Assembly: GCA_963700285.1 (NCBI GenBank)
Contig: CAVOXA010000010.1
Span: forward strand, 864,001 to 928,000
Origin: an uncultured Chloroflexia bacterium
GTDB taxonomy: Bacteria > Chloroflexota > Anaerolineae > JAAYZQ01
Length of the DNA: 64,000 bases
Direction: 5' to 3'
Position numbers and translations under genes: made by a program. The notes beneath the pieces were generated by a model. That model saw nothing but the letters and a program-made list of their open reading frames with translations, was not told the DNA's origin and searched no databases. Below, one piece after another: positions 50,196 through 61,099 of the stretch (positions are counted from its first letter, which is position 1; every line of letters starts with the position of its first letter).

Positions 50196-51734
50196 CTACC
50201 AACAGGAGTGGGAAGCGGATGAGCAAGTCAATGTGCCTTCATTGTTGCTCTTATCACTCTCGGTGATAAGGTTCGCGGGGTCGATTACCACGAGGATCGT
50301 GTGCTCACCTGCCACGACAAAATCTGTCCAGAAAACCATGCTGCCTATGGCAGGCGTATTGAAGGAACCTGAGGCAGCCTGAGTACCATCCTGGTAGAGC
50401 AGGTAGTCAAACGTAGGTACAGTGATCCGGCCACCAGGATTGGAGACACGCATGACGACTCGATCGTCAAAGTGAAGGTAGAATTCCTGGAGTATCAAGT
50501 CGCCCAGGGACGTCTGGGTGACCTCGGTATCTATCCGCAGTTCGTTGTCGCCTTCGTTTGTTTCGGTTATTTCATTGTTAATATCTACTCGCGCCACCGT
50601 CGGTAGACTGTCGTAGGCATCGCTGGGGCGCCAGACAGCCGCTACTACAGTACTTTGACCTGCATTCAGCCCGTCGGGCAATCGGCCTCCGATGGGGGGC
50701 TCGGATCCTGGTTGCCATTCCCAGGAAAACGGCCCCGCGTCCCCTCCTCCTGCATTACGAATGGCGATCCTGACCTCGTTGTCCTGTCCCTGAACCGGTG
50801 GGGCCGGGATGAAGGCGATGGACTCGATGGTCAGGTTGGGTATCGTCGTGCTGATGGTGACTGTGACCGTAGACGTGACGGTACCGCCCAGTCCATTGGC
50901 GGTCAGGACATAGCTGGTTGTCTTGGTGGGACATATTTCCATGCTGCCTGGGGTGCCCACACCACCGATCTCTTGGTCGATAATCGCCTCATAGGCATTG
51001 GTCACGGCCCCCCATTCCAAAAGGGCGCATTGGCCAGGGACAATGTTCTCCGGTTTGATGCGAAAGTACTCGATGTCCGGCAAAGTTATGGTTGGGGTGG
51101 CAGAAGGGGTAGGAGTAAGGGTGTCGGTCGGCACGGGAGTCGGCGTCGCCGTGCCGGTTGGTGTGACAGTAGGCGTCGCAGTGGGGGTCGGAGTGGCAGT
51201 TGGGACTGGTGTATCGGTCGGCTGGGGCGTGTCAACGGGTGACGGGGTGATCTGTGGGGTCTGCAGGACCGGAACAGTCGGAGTATTACTGGGTACCGAA
51301 GCGGGGACCTGGCCCACGACCACAACCTCTACGAATGTGGGAGTGCCCGATTTTTCTCGGGCCGTATAGGCCGAGGCAGTTACAATGTGAGAGCCAGCTA
51401 GCGAAAATGTCCACGGCTCACTTACGGTGAGTGATGCGCTTCCCGCCGAGTCGGGGCTGGTAGCCAAGCCTACCAGGATATCGTCAACGTACACTTCCAG
51501 CCGTACAATATCTCGCACGCCTGTGCCAGTGGCCACTAGGAGCACCTCGTCGCCAACGGTGATCCGCACGCCTGCCTCGGGTGATTGGATTGTGACAACG
51601 GGCCCGCTGCCCTCCAGGAATGGCTGTACCACAAGGGTGGCAATGGCCAGGCACGCGATCAAGAGGGCAGCAGCCGCCAGGCCTAGGGCGATGGGCAAAG
51701 ACCAGGACTGCTGGCGCTTGGGCTGGTTCTTCAT
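50196..51734 (-). CDS. Membrane-anchored Ig-like/CARDB surface protein with PT-rich linker
   Basis: TM, Ig-like domain, PTATPT linker, two CARDB-like ends (ITETNEGDN, ITESDKSNN); paralogous to 48125-50122. Confidence 0.82.
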   Translation of the reverse strand: MKNQPKRQQSWSLPIALGLAAAALLIACLAIATLVVQPFLEGSGPVVTIQSPEAGVRITVGDEVLLVATGTGVRDIVRLEVYVDDILVGLATSPDSAGSASLTVSEPWTFSLAGSHIVTASAYTAREKSGTPTFVEVVVVGQVPASVPSNTPTVPVLQTPQITPSPVDTPQPTDTPVPTATPTPTATPTVTPTGTATPTPVPTDTLTPTPSATPTITLPDIEYFRIKPENIVPGQCALLEWGAVTNAYEAIIDQEIGGVGTPGSMEICPTKTTSYVLTANGLGGTVTSTVTVTISTTIPNLTIESIAFIPAPPVQGQDNEVRIAIRNAGGGDAGPFSWEWQPGSEPPIGGRLPDGLNAGQSTVVAAVWRPSDAYDSLPTVARVDINNEITETNEGDNELRIDTEVTQTSLGDLILQEFYLHFDDRVVMRVSNPGGRITVPTFDYLLYQDGTQAASGSFNTPAIGSMVFWTDFVVAGEHTILVVIDPANLITESDKSNNEGTLTCSSASHSCW

Positions 51735-51810
51735 ACTACACCATTTCTCAGATTCCCCGGCTTCAAATACATACCATTCGATCAATAGGTACCGGGGGAC
51801 AATGGGCGGC

Positions 51811-51839
51811 AGTATAGCACAGCCTGGCATCCAGGGCAA
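51811..51839 (-). promoter_or_regulatory. sigma70 promoter TTGCCC-N17-TATACT
   Basis: 17-bp spacer and TG extension upstream of gene 51734. Confidence 0.55.
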
Positions 51840-51986
51840 GTCATCAAGCTATCAACTTGCTCACCGGAAGCCAAAGGCTCTGGGCACTGGGATGGGTTGG
51901 GGACAGTCAGGTATGCAACAGAATCATAGCAAAGCTGGGTCCCACGGGATCCCCTACCTTGCGTCCGAAAGACCGCCGCTGGCTGG

Positions 51987-53108
51987 CTAGGTTCCCAAGG
52001 AGGTGCGCGTGTTGGCAAAGCGCATCAGGTTTTCCTGGCGGATTAGCCCCAAAAAGCCAGTGCTGTCTACGACTGGCAGCAGGCTCTGGTCGTCGGTTAT
52101 CATCCGCTCCAGCACATTGTAGGCTGCTTCGTTGGCCCGTACAGGTTGGAGCTTGGCCATGGGGGTCATAATCTGGCGCATGGGTGTCCACCCCCAGCGC
52201 TGGCGGGGAACTTGTTGAATCTGGCCCAGTGTGGCAACTCCCTCTGCCTGTTGACCATCGGTCACCATGAAGCAGTTCTGGCCGTGTGGCAGGACATAGT
52301 CTCGCACTACCCAGTCAAGGGGCATGTTGCTGTCTACAGTCTGGCAACCGGACGCTGCAAAGTCACCGGCTGTGTACCCTTCCAGCGCTTCACGGATATT
52401 GGCTTGCTTGGCGCTCTGGCTGGCAGCATTGTCCAAGAACCAACCGATGAAGGCCAGCCAGATCCCATTGCCCCAGTTTCCGGTCAGGATCATGGCGCCT
52501 CCACCGATGATCATCAGTATGGCAATGACGCGCCCACTGCTGGCCGCCCAGCGAGTCGCTCGGTTCATGTTTCCTGTCCAGGCCCATACCGCTGAGCGGA
52601 ATACGCGACCGCCGTCCAGAGGAAAGCCCGGGAGTAGGTTGAACAGGGCCAGCCATAGGTTGATGGTAGCCAGGTACAGGCCTAACCCAACCAGCGCCGC
52701 TACATCCAAAGCCTGTCCTGCCACCCAAAGCACGCCAAATCCCGCTGCCAGGAGCAAACTGGCAATGGGGCCAGCGATGGCGATAAGAAACTCGGCTAGC
52801 GGCCGATCTGGCTCGCGGCCGATGTTGGCCACACCACCAAAAATGAACAGGGTAATGCCCTTGACCGGGATGCCCCTGGCCACGGCGACGACACTGTGTG
52901 CCAGCTCGTGGACCAATACCGAGCCGAAAAAGAGCAAGCTGGTGAGCAGCCCAATGCTGAGATAGCCCGCCAAACTCCAGCCCAAATAGCGGCTTGGAAA
53001 GTACCCTGTTGCCAGGGACATGGTCACCAGGGCAAAGACGATGAACCAAGTATAGTTAACCCCGATGGGGATTCCGAGTATTCTACCTAATCGCAAGGAG
53101 CTTTTCAT
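51987..53108 (-). CDS. Site-2 protease (M50) with CBS domains
   Basis: HELAH, AIAGP, FNLLPGFPLDGGR; C-terminal CBS pair. Confidence 0.95.
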   Translation of the reverse strand: MKSSLRLGRILGIPIGVNYTWFIVFALVTMSLATGYFPSRYLGWSLAGYLSIGLLTSLLFFGSVLVHELAHSVVAVARGIPVKGITLFIFGGVANIGREPDRPLAEFLIAIAGPIASLLLAAGFGVLWVAGQALDVAALVGLGLYLATINLWLALFNLLPGFPLDGGRVFRSAVWAWTGNMNRATRWAASSGRVIAILMIIGGGAMILTGNWGNGIWLAFIGWFLDNAASQSAKQANIREALEGYTAGDFAASGCQTVDSNMPLDWVVRDYVLPHGQNCFMVTDGQQAEGVATLGQIQQVPRQRWGWTPMRQIMTPMAKLQPVRANEAAYNVLERMITDDQSLLPVVDSTGFLGLIRQENLMRFANTRTSLGT

Positions 53109-53155
53109 ATGCTACCATCCTCCACTCCAACAGTCTATCACATGAGCATTAGAAT

Positions 53156-54424
53156 AGTGTTATAATCGTATTAGAGAATCGTTAAAGCTGGGAGCCTGGT
53201 TGCTGAGCCGGCATTGAGATTCTCCTGAACTTTAGGCCGCGGATCACCGCATAGAACATTAACAAACAACTGCTCTCGTTGCGAAAAGCGGCAGCCATTT
53301 TGTGGCTCCGTTTCTTTACCTCGCCGAATAAGCGCTCGATCACGTTCGTCGTGCGAATCGTCTTCCAGTGCGCCTGCGGAAAGGCGTAAAAGGTCAAGCA
53401 CGCTTCCAGATCTCGCCGCAGGCACTCGATCGCCGTCGGATAGGTCTTGCCGTACTTCTCCACGAAGGCGGCCACGGCCTGATCCGCTTTCTCTCGGTTG
53501 TCCTGGTAGAAAATGGCCTTCAGCTCTGGTTCTACGTTTTCCTGCTGGCTCTTGGGCACGTAGCCCAGCACATTTTCCATCTTGTGCTTGACGCAGCGCT
53601 GCCGTTTTGCTGTCTGGGAACTTGATCTGGAGCGCATTCAGCATTGCCTGGTTGCCGTCGGTCACCCACAAGTCCACCGTTTGTACACCACGGCGTTTCA
53701 GGTTGTCCAGTAGGTCTTCCCAGGCACCTTGGTTCTCCCGCTCGCCCACCGTGAAGCCCAGCACCTCTCTTTCGCCTCGGACATTGATGCCTACGACAGC
53801 TAGAATCGGCATCTTTTTGCCTTCACCTTGATAGATCACGGTGAAATAGGTGCCGTCGGCGAAGACATAGACGTAACGAACATCCAGTGGACGCTGTTTC
53901 CAGGTGGCGAACTCGCCATCCAACGTGTGGAACACCCGCGACACGGTCGACGGACTGGGCTTGATGTCGGTCAGAGCCTCCATGACCTCGCCCACTGGAG
54001 TGGTACTAACGCCTTTCACGAACATCTCGCCGATGCCCCGGCCCAGCTCTGCCTGGCGACACTGATAGCGGTCGAACACCTGGGTCTGAAACCCTTTGCG
54101 CGTTCGTGGCACCGGCAGGTTCTCGATCTGACCGACGCTGGTGCCGAGATCGCGCAAATAGGTGCCGTTGCGCTGGTCACGCCGCTGATCGCTGCGTTCG
54201 TAACGGCCAGCACCGACGAAGGCGTTGACCTCCTCGTCGAGCACAGCGATCAAAGTGTATCGGACTGCCAGACGCACTTTCTCGTGAAGCATGGTTTGGA
54301 ACTCTTGACAGAAATCGATCTCTTGAGTATCATCATTCATAGGAGTCATGGTATCCCTCCGGTTAGTTTGCCAACTACCAGGATACCAGGCTCCTGCTTT
54401 TTACAAAAGATTCAGTATACCACC
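53156..54424 (-). mobile_element. IS256 family insertion sequence
   Basis: Transposase inside imperfect inverted ends sharing GTG.TATA.T and AAAGC..GGAGCCTGGT; ends approximate. Confidence 0.8.
53182..54349 (-). pseudogene. IS256 transposase with one frameshift
   Basis: RNGTY, VPRTR, FADGTY, VTDG, then QRCVKH and RTTNVIER in the next frame; junction in an A4 run at about 53605-53608. Confidence 0.9.
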
Positions 54425-54426
54425 GC

Positions 54427-54639
54427 ATTTGGGTTCTACTGGTGAGTTGGGCAGCCTTGCGGGCAGGGGAGTTTCCCAAGGCACTGAACTACCTTGGCTT
54501 GTTGATCGGCGTGGCAGGCATCATCTCGGCTGTCCCGGGGCTCAGCGAAGTAGTGATGGTTTTTGGACTGGGTCAGATCGTGTGGTTCGTATGGCTGGGG
54601 ATCGTCATGTTGCGCGGCAGCCCAAGCGCGGTGGAGTAG
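54427..54639 (+). pseudogene. C-terminal fragment of a membrane protein (DUF4386-like) cut by IS256
   Basis: Frame IWVLLVSWAALRAGEFPKALNYLG...QIVWFVWLGIVML starts at the IS end without a start codon. Confidence 0.65.
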
Positions 54640-54774
54640 GAACCGGCCGCGGTCATGCCGCGCCACAGAACAGCAACCTTTTTGACTTCAAGGCTCAACG
54701 CTGAGTAGGAGTATTGGAGAAGACGGCTCGCACCTGACCCAATACTCCGATTTCGTCGCAAGCTACTTTGAGAC

Positions 54775-55161
54775 GGGGCGCTGACCGCGCTGTTCTTCAT
54801 GAGAAAGGCAGCGATTCAGAGCGGCGAGAAGGTCCTCATCAACGGCACCTCGGGAGGGATAGGCCAATACGCGCTGCAACTGGCCAAAAACTCCGGGGCG
54901 GAGGTCACCGGGGTCTGCAGCACCTCAAAGATGGAACTCGTGAAGTCTCTGGGAGCCGATGAGGTCATTGACTATACCAAAGAGGACTATACCAAGAACG
55001 GTCAGAAGGACCTGGTCTTTCTCAAAGAGCAGATTGAGGCGGGAAAGATAAAAGCGGTCATCGATAGAAGCTATCCGCTGGAGCAGATCGCCGAGGCGCA
55101 CAGCTATATTGAGGGGGGACACAAAAAGGGTTATGTAGTCGTTACGCTGGGCAACGGCTAG
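54775..55161 (+). pseudogene. Truncated MDR-family NAD(P) oxidoreductase fragment
   Basis: Matches only the C-terminal half of 55729-56721 ([20 protein letters not shown]) and lacks the segment between YTKNGQ and KDLVFL. Confidence 0.8.
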
Positions 55162-55211
55162 CAAGTCGACCCTTTTGGTAACGGGGGACATCTGGTACGA
55201 GGAGACAGCGT

Positions 55212-55697
55212 GTGGAGTCATCGTCCGGGGGCAGGTGCGGCGAGATCGCCAGTGACCTGTCCATTATCGCCATCACTGCGGCTCAACTCATCTTCTTCAC
55301 CAACTTCTACGAGTACATCGCCTGGCCCATCAAAGGACTCGATGGCAGCGTGACCTGGATCTCCCTGCTGACGGAAGACTATTTCCGGTGGCTACCTCTT
55401 GTGACCGCAGCGTCGTTCATCGTCATCGTGGCCTCCATGGTCATGATTGTCTACAATCGAGCCTGGTTTCGCCAGGTTGCCTGGATACTCTTCTCACTCC
55501 TTGGCATCACGATGACCCTGTCCTTGCTGCTTATCTACCCCTTTGACTTTAGCGGAATACCTAAAGACACCGTGGCCGGACTCGTGCCTACCGTGGTGAC
55601 TGTTGTCCTGATCCTTTTGGCGGTCTTTTACGCGGTGTCTGCAGTGGCTCAGAGCGTAAAACTGAGGAATCTCTCAGCCAGTAACGAGGTTGCCTAG
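55212..55697 (+). CDS. Hypothetical multi-TM membrane protein
   Basis: Four hydrophobic segments; GGAG before the GTG start; may be N-terminally incomplete. Confidence 0.6.
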   Translation: MESSSGGRCGEIASDLSIIAITAAQLIFFTNFYEYIAWPIKGLDGSVTWISLLTEDYFRWLPLVTAASFIVIVASMVMIVYNRAWFRQVAWILFSLLGITMTLSLLLIYPFDFSGIPKDTVAGLVPTVVTVVLILLAVFYAVSAVAQSVKLRNLSASNEVA

Positions 55698-55728
55698 AGG
55701 CTTCTCAAAACGCTCCTGGAGGGAACAG

Positions 55729-56721
55729 ATGAAAGCGATTGTATGGACGAAATACGGATCACCCGATGGCCTTCAGCTTCAGGAGGTCGAAAAACCCACA
55801 CCCAAAGACAATGAGGTCCTGATCAGGGTCCGAGCCGCAACGGTGACAGCCGGGGACACCGAGATGCGAAAGCTCAAACTCCCATACTCCCTGGGATTCC
55901 CGGTTCGAGTGTATGCCGGCCTCGGGCGGCCAACCAGGATACGGATACTGGGACAGGAGCTGGCCGGAGAGATCGTGTCCGTGGGCAAAGATGTCAGGCG
56001 TTTCAAAGAAGGCGACGAGGTGTTTGGTACCACAGGTTTCGCTTTTGGCTCCTATGCAGAGTACAACTGCCTGCCTGCCGAATCCGGTCAAAGCGCCCTG
56101 GCCATCAAGCCGGCCAATGTTTCCTACGAGGAAGCCGCCGCCGGGCCGACCGCCGGGCTGGAAGCCATCCATTTCCTTCGGATAGCCGGTCTCCAGAGCG
56201 GCCAGAGTCTTCTGATCAATGGTGCGGGCGGCAGCATCGGCACCTTTACCCTGCAGCTCGCCAAGCTGTCTGGGGCAGAAGTGACCGCCGTGGACAGCGC
56301 GGCCAAGCTGGACATGCTGCGCTCCCTCGGCGCGGATCAAGTCATCGACTACGCCCAGGAGGACTTTGCGAGTGGCAAGACCTACGATGCCATCCTCGAC
56401 GTGGTGGGCAAAAGCTCCTACGCGCGCAGCGTCCAGTCGCTGAAGCCCAATGGCTTCTATCTCGTTGCCAATCCCAGCCTGTCCATGTTGTTTCGCCGAC
56501 TTTGGACTTTGCTGACCAGCAGAAAAAAGGTAGTCCTCCGGTCGTCAGAGCAGTCGGTCGAGGACCTGCTCCATCTCAAGGAGCTCATCGAGGAGGGAAA
56601 GGTAAGGACCATCATCGATCGGACCTATCCGCTGGAACAGACCGCCGAGGCCCACCGCTACGTCGAGACTGGCCAGAAGCAGGGTAACGTCGTCATCACT
56701 GTCAAGTCCGCCAGCCAATGA
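55729..56721 (+). CDS. MDR-family NAD(P)-dependent oxidoreductase (quinone reductase/alcohol dehydrogenase-like)
   Basis: MKAIVWTKYGSPD, LGQELAG, INGAGGSIG, IDRTYPLEQ; RBS GGAGG. Confidence 0.92.
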   Translation: MKAIVWTKYGSPDGLQLQEVEKPTPKDNEVLIRVRAATVTAGDTEMRKLKLPYSLGFPVRVYAGLGRPTRIRILGQELAGEIVSVGKDVRRFKEGDEVFGTTGFAFGSYAEYNCLPAESGQSALAIKPANVSYEEAAAGPTAGLEAIHFLRIAGLQSGQSLLINGAGGSIGTFTLQLAKLSGAEVTAVDSAAKLDMLRSLGADQVIDYAQEDFASGKTYDAILDVVGKSSYARSVQSLKPNGFYLVANPSLSMLFRRLWTLLTSRKKVVLRSSEQSVEDLLHLKELIEEGKVRTIIDRTYPLEQTAEAHRYVETGQKQGNVVITVKSASQ

Positions 56722-56769
56722 CGCATTGTGGAGCACGGGGGTTCCAGACTTGTTTGGGAAGAGCTGAGC

Positions 56770-57258
56770 CGCCAGGCCCAGTTGGATCGATCGCTTCAAT
56801 GACTGGGTCGAGAGACTTCCGGGAGGTACCTGGACCTTCTATCTAGCCTTTGCGATCGTGCTGATCCTGGTCCAGATCCTCTTTCTCTGGGTGGATGGCG
56901 GCCTGCATGCGCAGGAGCTCCTGCCAATCGTCATCTTTAACGGGCTGGCCACACCCTTCCTCCTGGCACTGATCCAGCTATTTGACAATCAGGCTATGAC
57001 TGCCCTGAATTCTATGAGATCATCTCTGGAGATTACAGAGCACGAGTTCGACGAGTTCCACTACAAGCTCTCGAACATGCCTTCTCTCGCGGCGCTCATT
57101 GCCGGTCTGACTTTGCTGGCCGCCGTAATTGTGATGGAACAGGTGTCGGCCGTGCCCAGCAGATACGCGGCACTTGGGCCTCTGCCCATCTTTACAGCCG
57201 TCTTTCACATCATCGACAAGAGCTCCGCGTTCATGTATGGTGTGATTATCTACCACAC
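56770..57258 (+). pseudogene. Fragment of a multi-TM membrane protein
   Basis: Hydrophobic frame PSWIDRFNDWVERLPG...IIYHTR preceded by an in-frame stop and degenerating afterwards. Confidence 0.5.
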
Positions 57259-57359
57259 CAGAGGTTTCCCTTCCGGATTCCCTGGCCTGATTGAGCTGGA
57301 GCAGTATGATGGCGTGTTGCCCCGGCTTCTGTACCATGCATACACCAGGAGCTTGAATT

Positions 57360-57620
57360 GTGCTAAATACGCGGATAATATTGGCGGGATTGTGGGTAGC
57401 TGTCATGCTGACCTATCTCCTGGGAGATGTGCTGCGCATCTTTAGCGGTGATATGACGGCGGGAGAGATCCAGGGGGTACCGGCGACGCAGGGAATGTGG
57501 CTCGGCATCGCAGCCATCATGCTGGTTCCCATTCTTATGCTCGTGCTGACCCTGATACTGCCGCATCCGGCCATTCGCTGGGTGAACATTATTGGTGCCG
57601 TTCTGGTCATCATTTGGAGG
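57360..57620 (+). pseudogene. DUF6326-like membrane protein, C-terminally truncated
   Basis: RIILAGLWVAVMLTYLLGDVL...RWVNII, then runs into a palindromic repeat remnant. Confidence 0.55.
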
Positions 57621-57635
57621 TACGTAAAAGTCGAA

Positions 57636-57688
57636 GAGATTCCCTTCGACTGTGCTCAGGCATGCTTCGCTGGCGCCCAAAATGACAT
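57636..57688. repeat. Degenerate REP-like half element
   Basis: GAGATTCCCTTCGACTGTGCTCAGG...CTTCGCTGGCGCCCAAAATGACA resembles intergenic palindromic repeats ending in CTTCG..GCTCAG.ATGACA. Confidence 0.4.
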
Positions 57689-57998
57689 AATACCTTGCAC
57701 CAGGGACTGCACATACAGTAGCCCAATGCTCATCTTTGGGAGCATCACGCTCCTATCGATCTCCTGACCCTGGATTGGCGCTGGCCTCCATCGATCCTAT
57801 CGGGCGAGACCCTGGTGGCGATTGGGCCCGATCTGCTTGCTTAATTCGTTCCGGGAGTGTATCCTCTGGCACTGGCGGGCCGGGGTTTGTCGCGAAAAAG
57901 TCCAATTGGTATTGGTGCTGGAAGAACCCCTTCGCCTGCGCGTCCTACGGCTGTTGTTCAACCATCATGCTCTCTCTTTCGGATATGATACCATTGCC

Positions 57999-58607
57999 AT
58001 GACGAAAGCAGCACCTACTACGATCGTAAACGTAGGCTACCGTTCAACAAACTACTGGGTTGTTAGCGCGGGCACTTCCCGCTTACTTGTTGATATCGGA
58101 TGGCCGGGCACCCTCGGCTTGATGAAAGCCAGGTTCAAGCAGATGGGCGTCCCTCTCCACGAGATTCGCTACGCCGTCGCCACCCACTACCACATTGACC
58201 ATGCCGGCTTGGCTGAGGAGCTTAAGCGGGAAGGAGTTCCCCTCCTTGTTCTGGAGGTCCAAGTCGCTGCCATCCCGATCATGAAGACCTGGACCAAACC
58301 TGAGGACAATTATGTCGAGATTACAGGCGAGGGGAATGTCACGATCTCTTTCCAAGAGAGCCGGAGTCTACTCAGCCAGATAGGAATTCTGGGTGAGGTC
58401 GTACACACCCCCGGTCATTCAGAAGACAGTGTGTCTTTCTTGCTTGATGATGGTTCGGTCTTTACGGGCGATCTGCCGCCCGAGGCTCATTCCTGGGACA
58501 ATTCCGTGGCCTTGGAGAGCTGGCGCTTGCTCCGAAAAAAGGGAGCCACGTGTGTGTATCCGGCACATGGCCCGATAAAACCAATCGACCCCGGGCCACC
58601 CTCCTGA
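57999..58607 (+). CDS. MBL-fold metallo-hydrolase
   Basis: THYHIDHAG, HTPGHS, FTGD, YPAHG. Confidence 0.92.
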   Translation: MTKAAPTTIVNVGYRSTNYWVVSAGTSRLLVDIGWPGTLGLMKARFKQMGVPLHEIRYAVATHYHIDHAGLAEELKREGVPLLVLEVQVAAIPIMKTWTKPEDNYVEITGEGNVTISFQESRSLLSQIGILGEVVHTPGHSEDSVSFLLDDGSVFTGDLPPEAHSWDNSVALESWRLLRKKGATCVYPAHGPIKPIDPGPPS

Positions 58608-58813
58608 GCGCTGGTATGCATGTCCGAGCTGCCTAACATCTTACAGCTCTGGGTCAGCCACCAAAAAAGTCGTCCCGAGCCAGATGATGGTCCAGCCGTG
58701 GGGCGATAGGCAGGCGGCGAGTGGTCGGGGTCCCTCGTGAACAAGGCTCAAGATCCGGACGCGGTCTCCTCACACAGCGGCTCGATGTGATACTGCTCGC
58801 GCTGCCGGCAGGG

Positions 58814-61097
58814 TCAGTACGGGGAGGTATCGGCGCTCACGTCGGTATCCCAGATCTTGTCCGTGTGCCCCTCGAAGCGACGCAGTTCCTGCCCGGTTTC
58901 CACGTCCCACAGGCGTACAGTGTTGTCCCTGGCAGCAGCGAAAATGTCGCCCGCACCAGATACCGCACGGCGGCTGTCTGGCAGGAAGTGTGCCCCTTCA
59001 AACGGCGGATCTCCTCCCCGCTGGCATAATCCCGCAGGCTGATCTCGCCGGTCCACAGGGCGGTCAAGACCCTTCGCCCGTCGGGGCTGATAGCGACATC
59101 AGCGGTGGCAGGATCCGGCGGGTTGGCGTACTCCAAGCAGCGTACCTCGGCTCCGGTGCACAGATCCCACAAGCGCAAGGTGACGTCGGCCGAAGCGGAC
59201 AAGGCGGCGTGGTCGCCTGCCCCTGTCCAGGAACAGGTGACAAAGGCGACGGTCAGTGTCCGGCCCTCGTGGCCGCGCAACTGCAAAGCCGGCTCCCCGG
59301 TATCCAGGCCTGCATTGAGCCGGGCCTGCCCTGAACTCTGGCGAAGGGTCGGAATGTCGAGCAGAGAACCCGGTTATCCAGCGTGCCCAGCAAGGCTGAC
59401 CGGCCATCGGCGCTCACCGCCAGACTAAAGAGGCCAATGTCGGCATCGAAACGCTGGCCCACTTGCCCGGTCTCCAGGTCCCACAAGATGGCGTGTTCGT
59501 CCTGGGACACAGACAGCGCTGAGACCATCAGGCAGAAAGGCCAGATCCCAGACCGAGTCGTAGTGGCCAGTGGCTTGCTGAGAGCCGGTCACGGTATCGG
59601 CCACGCCGGACATGTGGTGGCGGATCTCGCCGCTCTGCAGATCCCACAGGATCACGCTGCCGTCGGCCGAGCCAGACAGTGCGGTATCACCCTCGGGGCT
59701 GATCGCCACGCTCAGGACGGTGTCCTCGTGCCCGCGGTAGCAGCGGATGACCTCCCCCGTCTCGATATGCCACAGGATCAAGGTGTGATCGGCAGAGGCA
59801 GAGAGGGCAGTACTCCCATCCGGGCTGATGGCCAGATCTCGCACGGCGGCGCTGTGCCTGCGGAAGCGATGGAGGATGTCCCCGCTACCAAGTTCCCAGA
59901 GGATGAGGGTCCTGTCGGCGGAGACTGCCCGGTCTCTCCCGGGGAGAACGACCACGGCGTGGGCAGCATCGCCGTGGCCGCGGAAACGACGCATCCTTTC
60001 CCCGGTACCAAGATCCCACAGAACGAGGGTTCCATCGGCAGATGCGGACAGAGCCCTGCCTTCACCTGGAATGATGGCCACGTCCTCCACCGGGCCGTCG
60101 TGTCCGGAAAAGATGCGGCGCGTGCCCGGCGCGTAGGCGGCATCAGCCAGCATCAACCGAGCTTGCGGCGGTGGGTCGGGCAAACGGTTGGCTTCTACCG
60201 CTAGGGCCAGGGCCTGGGCGGTGAAATCGGCGCGGAGGGAGAGGAGGAGGGTCATGGGCAGGGCGGATTGGGTACAGGCGCAGGATGAAGGGAGGAGGAG
60301 GTCGAGGAAGGCGTGGCGAGTGAATAGGTTGGGGCAAAGAACGTAGAGTTCCTCGAATTGATCCGCGACCAGCAGGAGATGGGACGTGCCGGGACGGACA
60401 GACGACTTCCAATGGCCTTGCTGTGCTGGGTTCAGGATGGGGCCAACGAGATTGGCCAACCGCACCTGGCCATCTCGGAGTCGCTGTGGCAGGCAACGGA
60501 CTTGGGCCTCCAGCGCAGGCGCGTTTGCTCGAAGTCGGGACTCCAGGAGCAGAACCAGTGCCTCCGCCAGGCGGTGGAAAGGACGGCTGCCGGGGCGAAA
60601 GCTGGCGGTGAGCCATCCCCCCCGTCCCCGGCCCACCGTCGAGGCGACAGGGGAGGTAGCCTGGGCATCAGGCCAGCATGGACCACCGACGACTTGCCGC
60701 TGCCCGACGGGCTGACGACCACCACCGGCCCCTGATGGCTGATCGACTGGCAGGCGTCGAGCAGTGTGGCAAAGGCGGCCACGTCCAACCAGTGATCGCT
60801 GGCCGGGTTAAACCCCACAGTCTTGGCGGTAACGTGCAGGTATGGGGGATCCGCCTGCCTGTCGCCAAGGGCGGTGCGCAGCCTATACAAGATCTGGCGA
60901 AGGTTCTGGCGAGCCACCTGCTCGGGCTGATCGGGCCACAACAGCCCGGCCAGGGCGCTGCGCGGGAAGGGGGTACCGGCGTCCACGGCCAGGTAGGCCG
61001 GCAGCGCCCGCGCCGTGTCGGCCCGAAAGCCGGTCAGTGGCGATTTGTCCAAAGTGGCTTGGAAAGGGCCCAGGAACGAGAGCCTGAGATGCGGCAC
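58814..61097 (-). pseudogene. Decayed SARP/wHTH - STAND NTPase - WD40 repeat gene
   Basis: LRLSFLGPFQ...LLWPD...ARQNLRQ (SARP), SPSGSGKSS (Walker A), LVADQFEEL (Walker B), many GH..WD repeats over four frames. Confidence 0.85.
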
Positions 61098-61099
61098 TG

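Noticed and set aside
51080-51300. Tandem repeat or VNTR in the PTATPT region
   Set aside because: Codon-degenerate low-complexity protein linker rather than an exact DNA repeat
57999-58607. Metallo-beta-lactamase resistance gene
   Set aside because: Generic HxHxDH fold, no signal peptide and no class B specific features
58814-61097. Active STAND/Avs anti-phage system
   Set aside because: The gene is fragmented and its N-terminal domain is a SARP DNA-binding domain, not a nuclease or toxin effector
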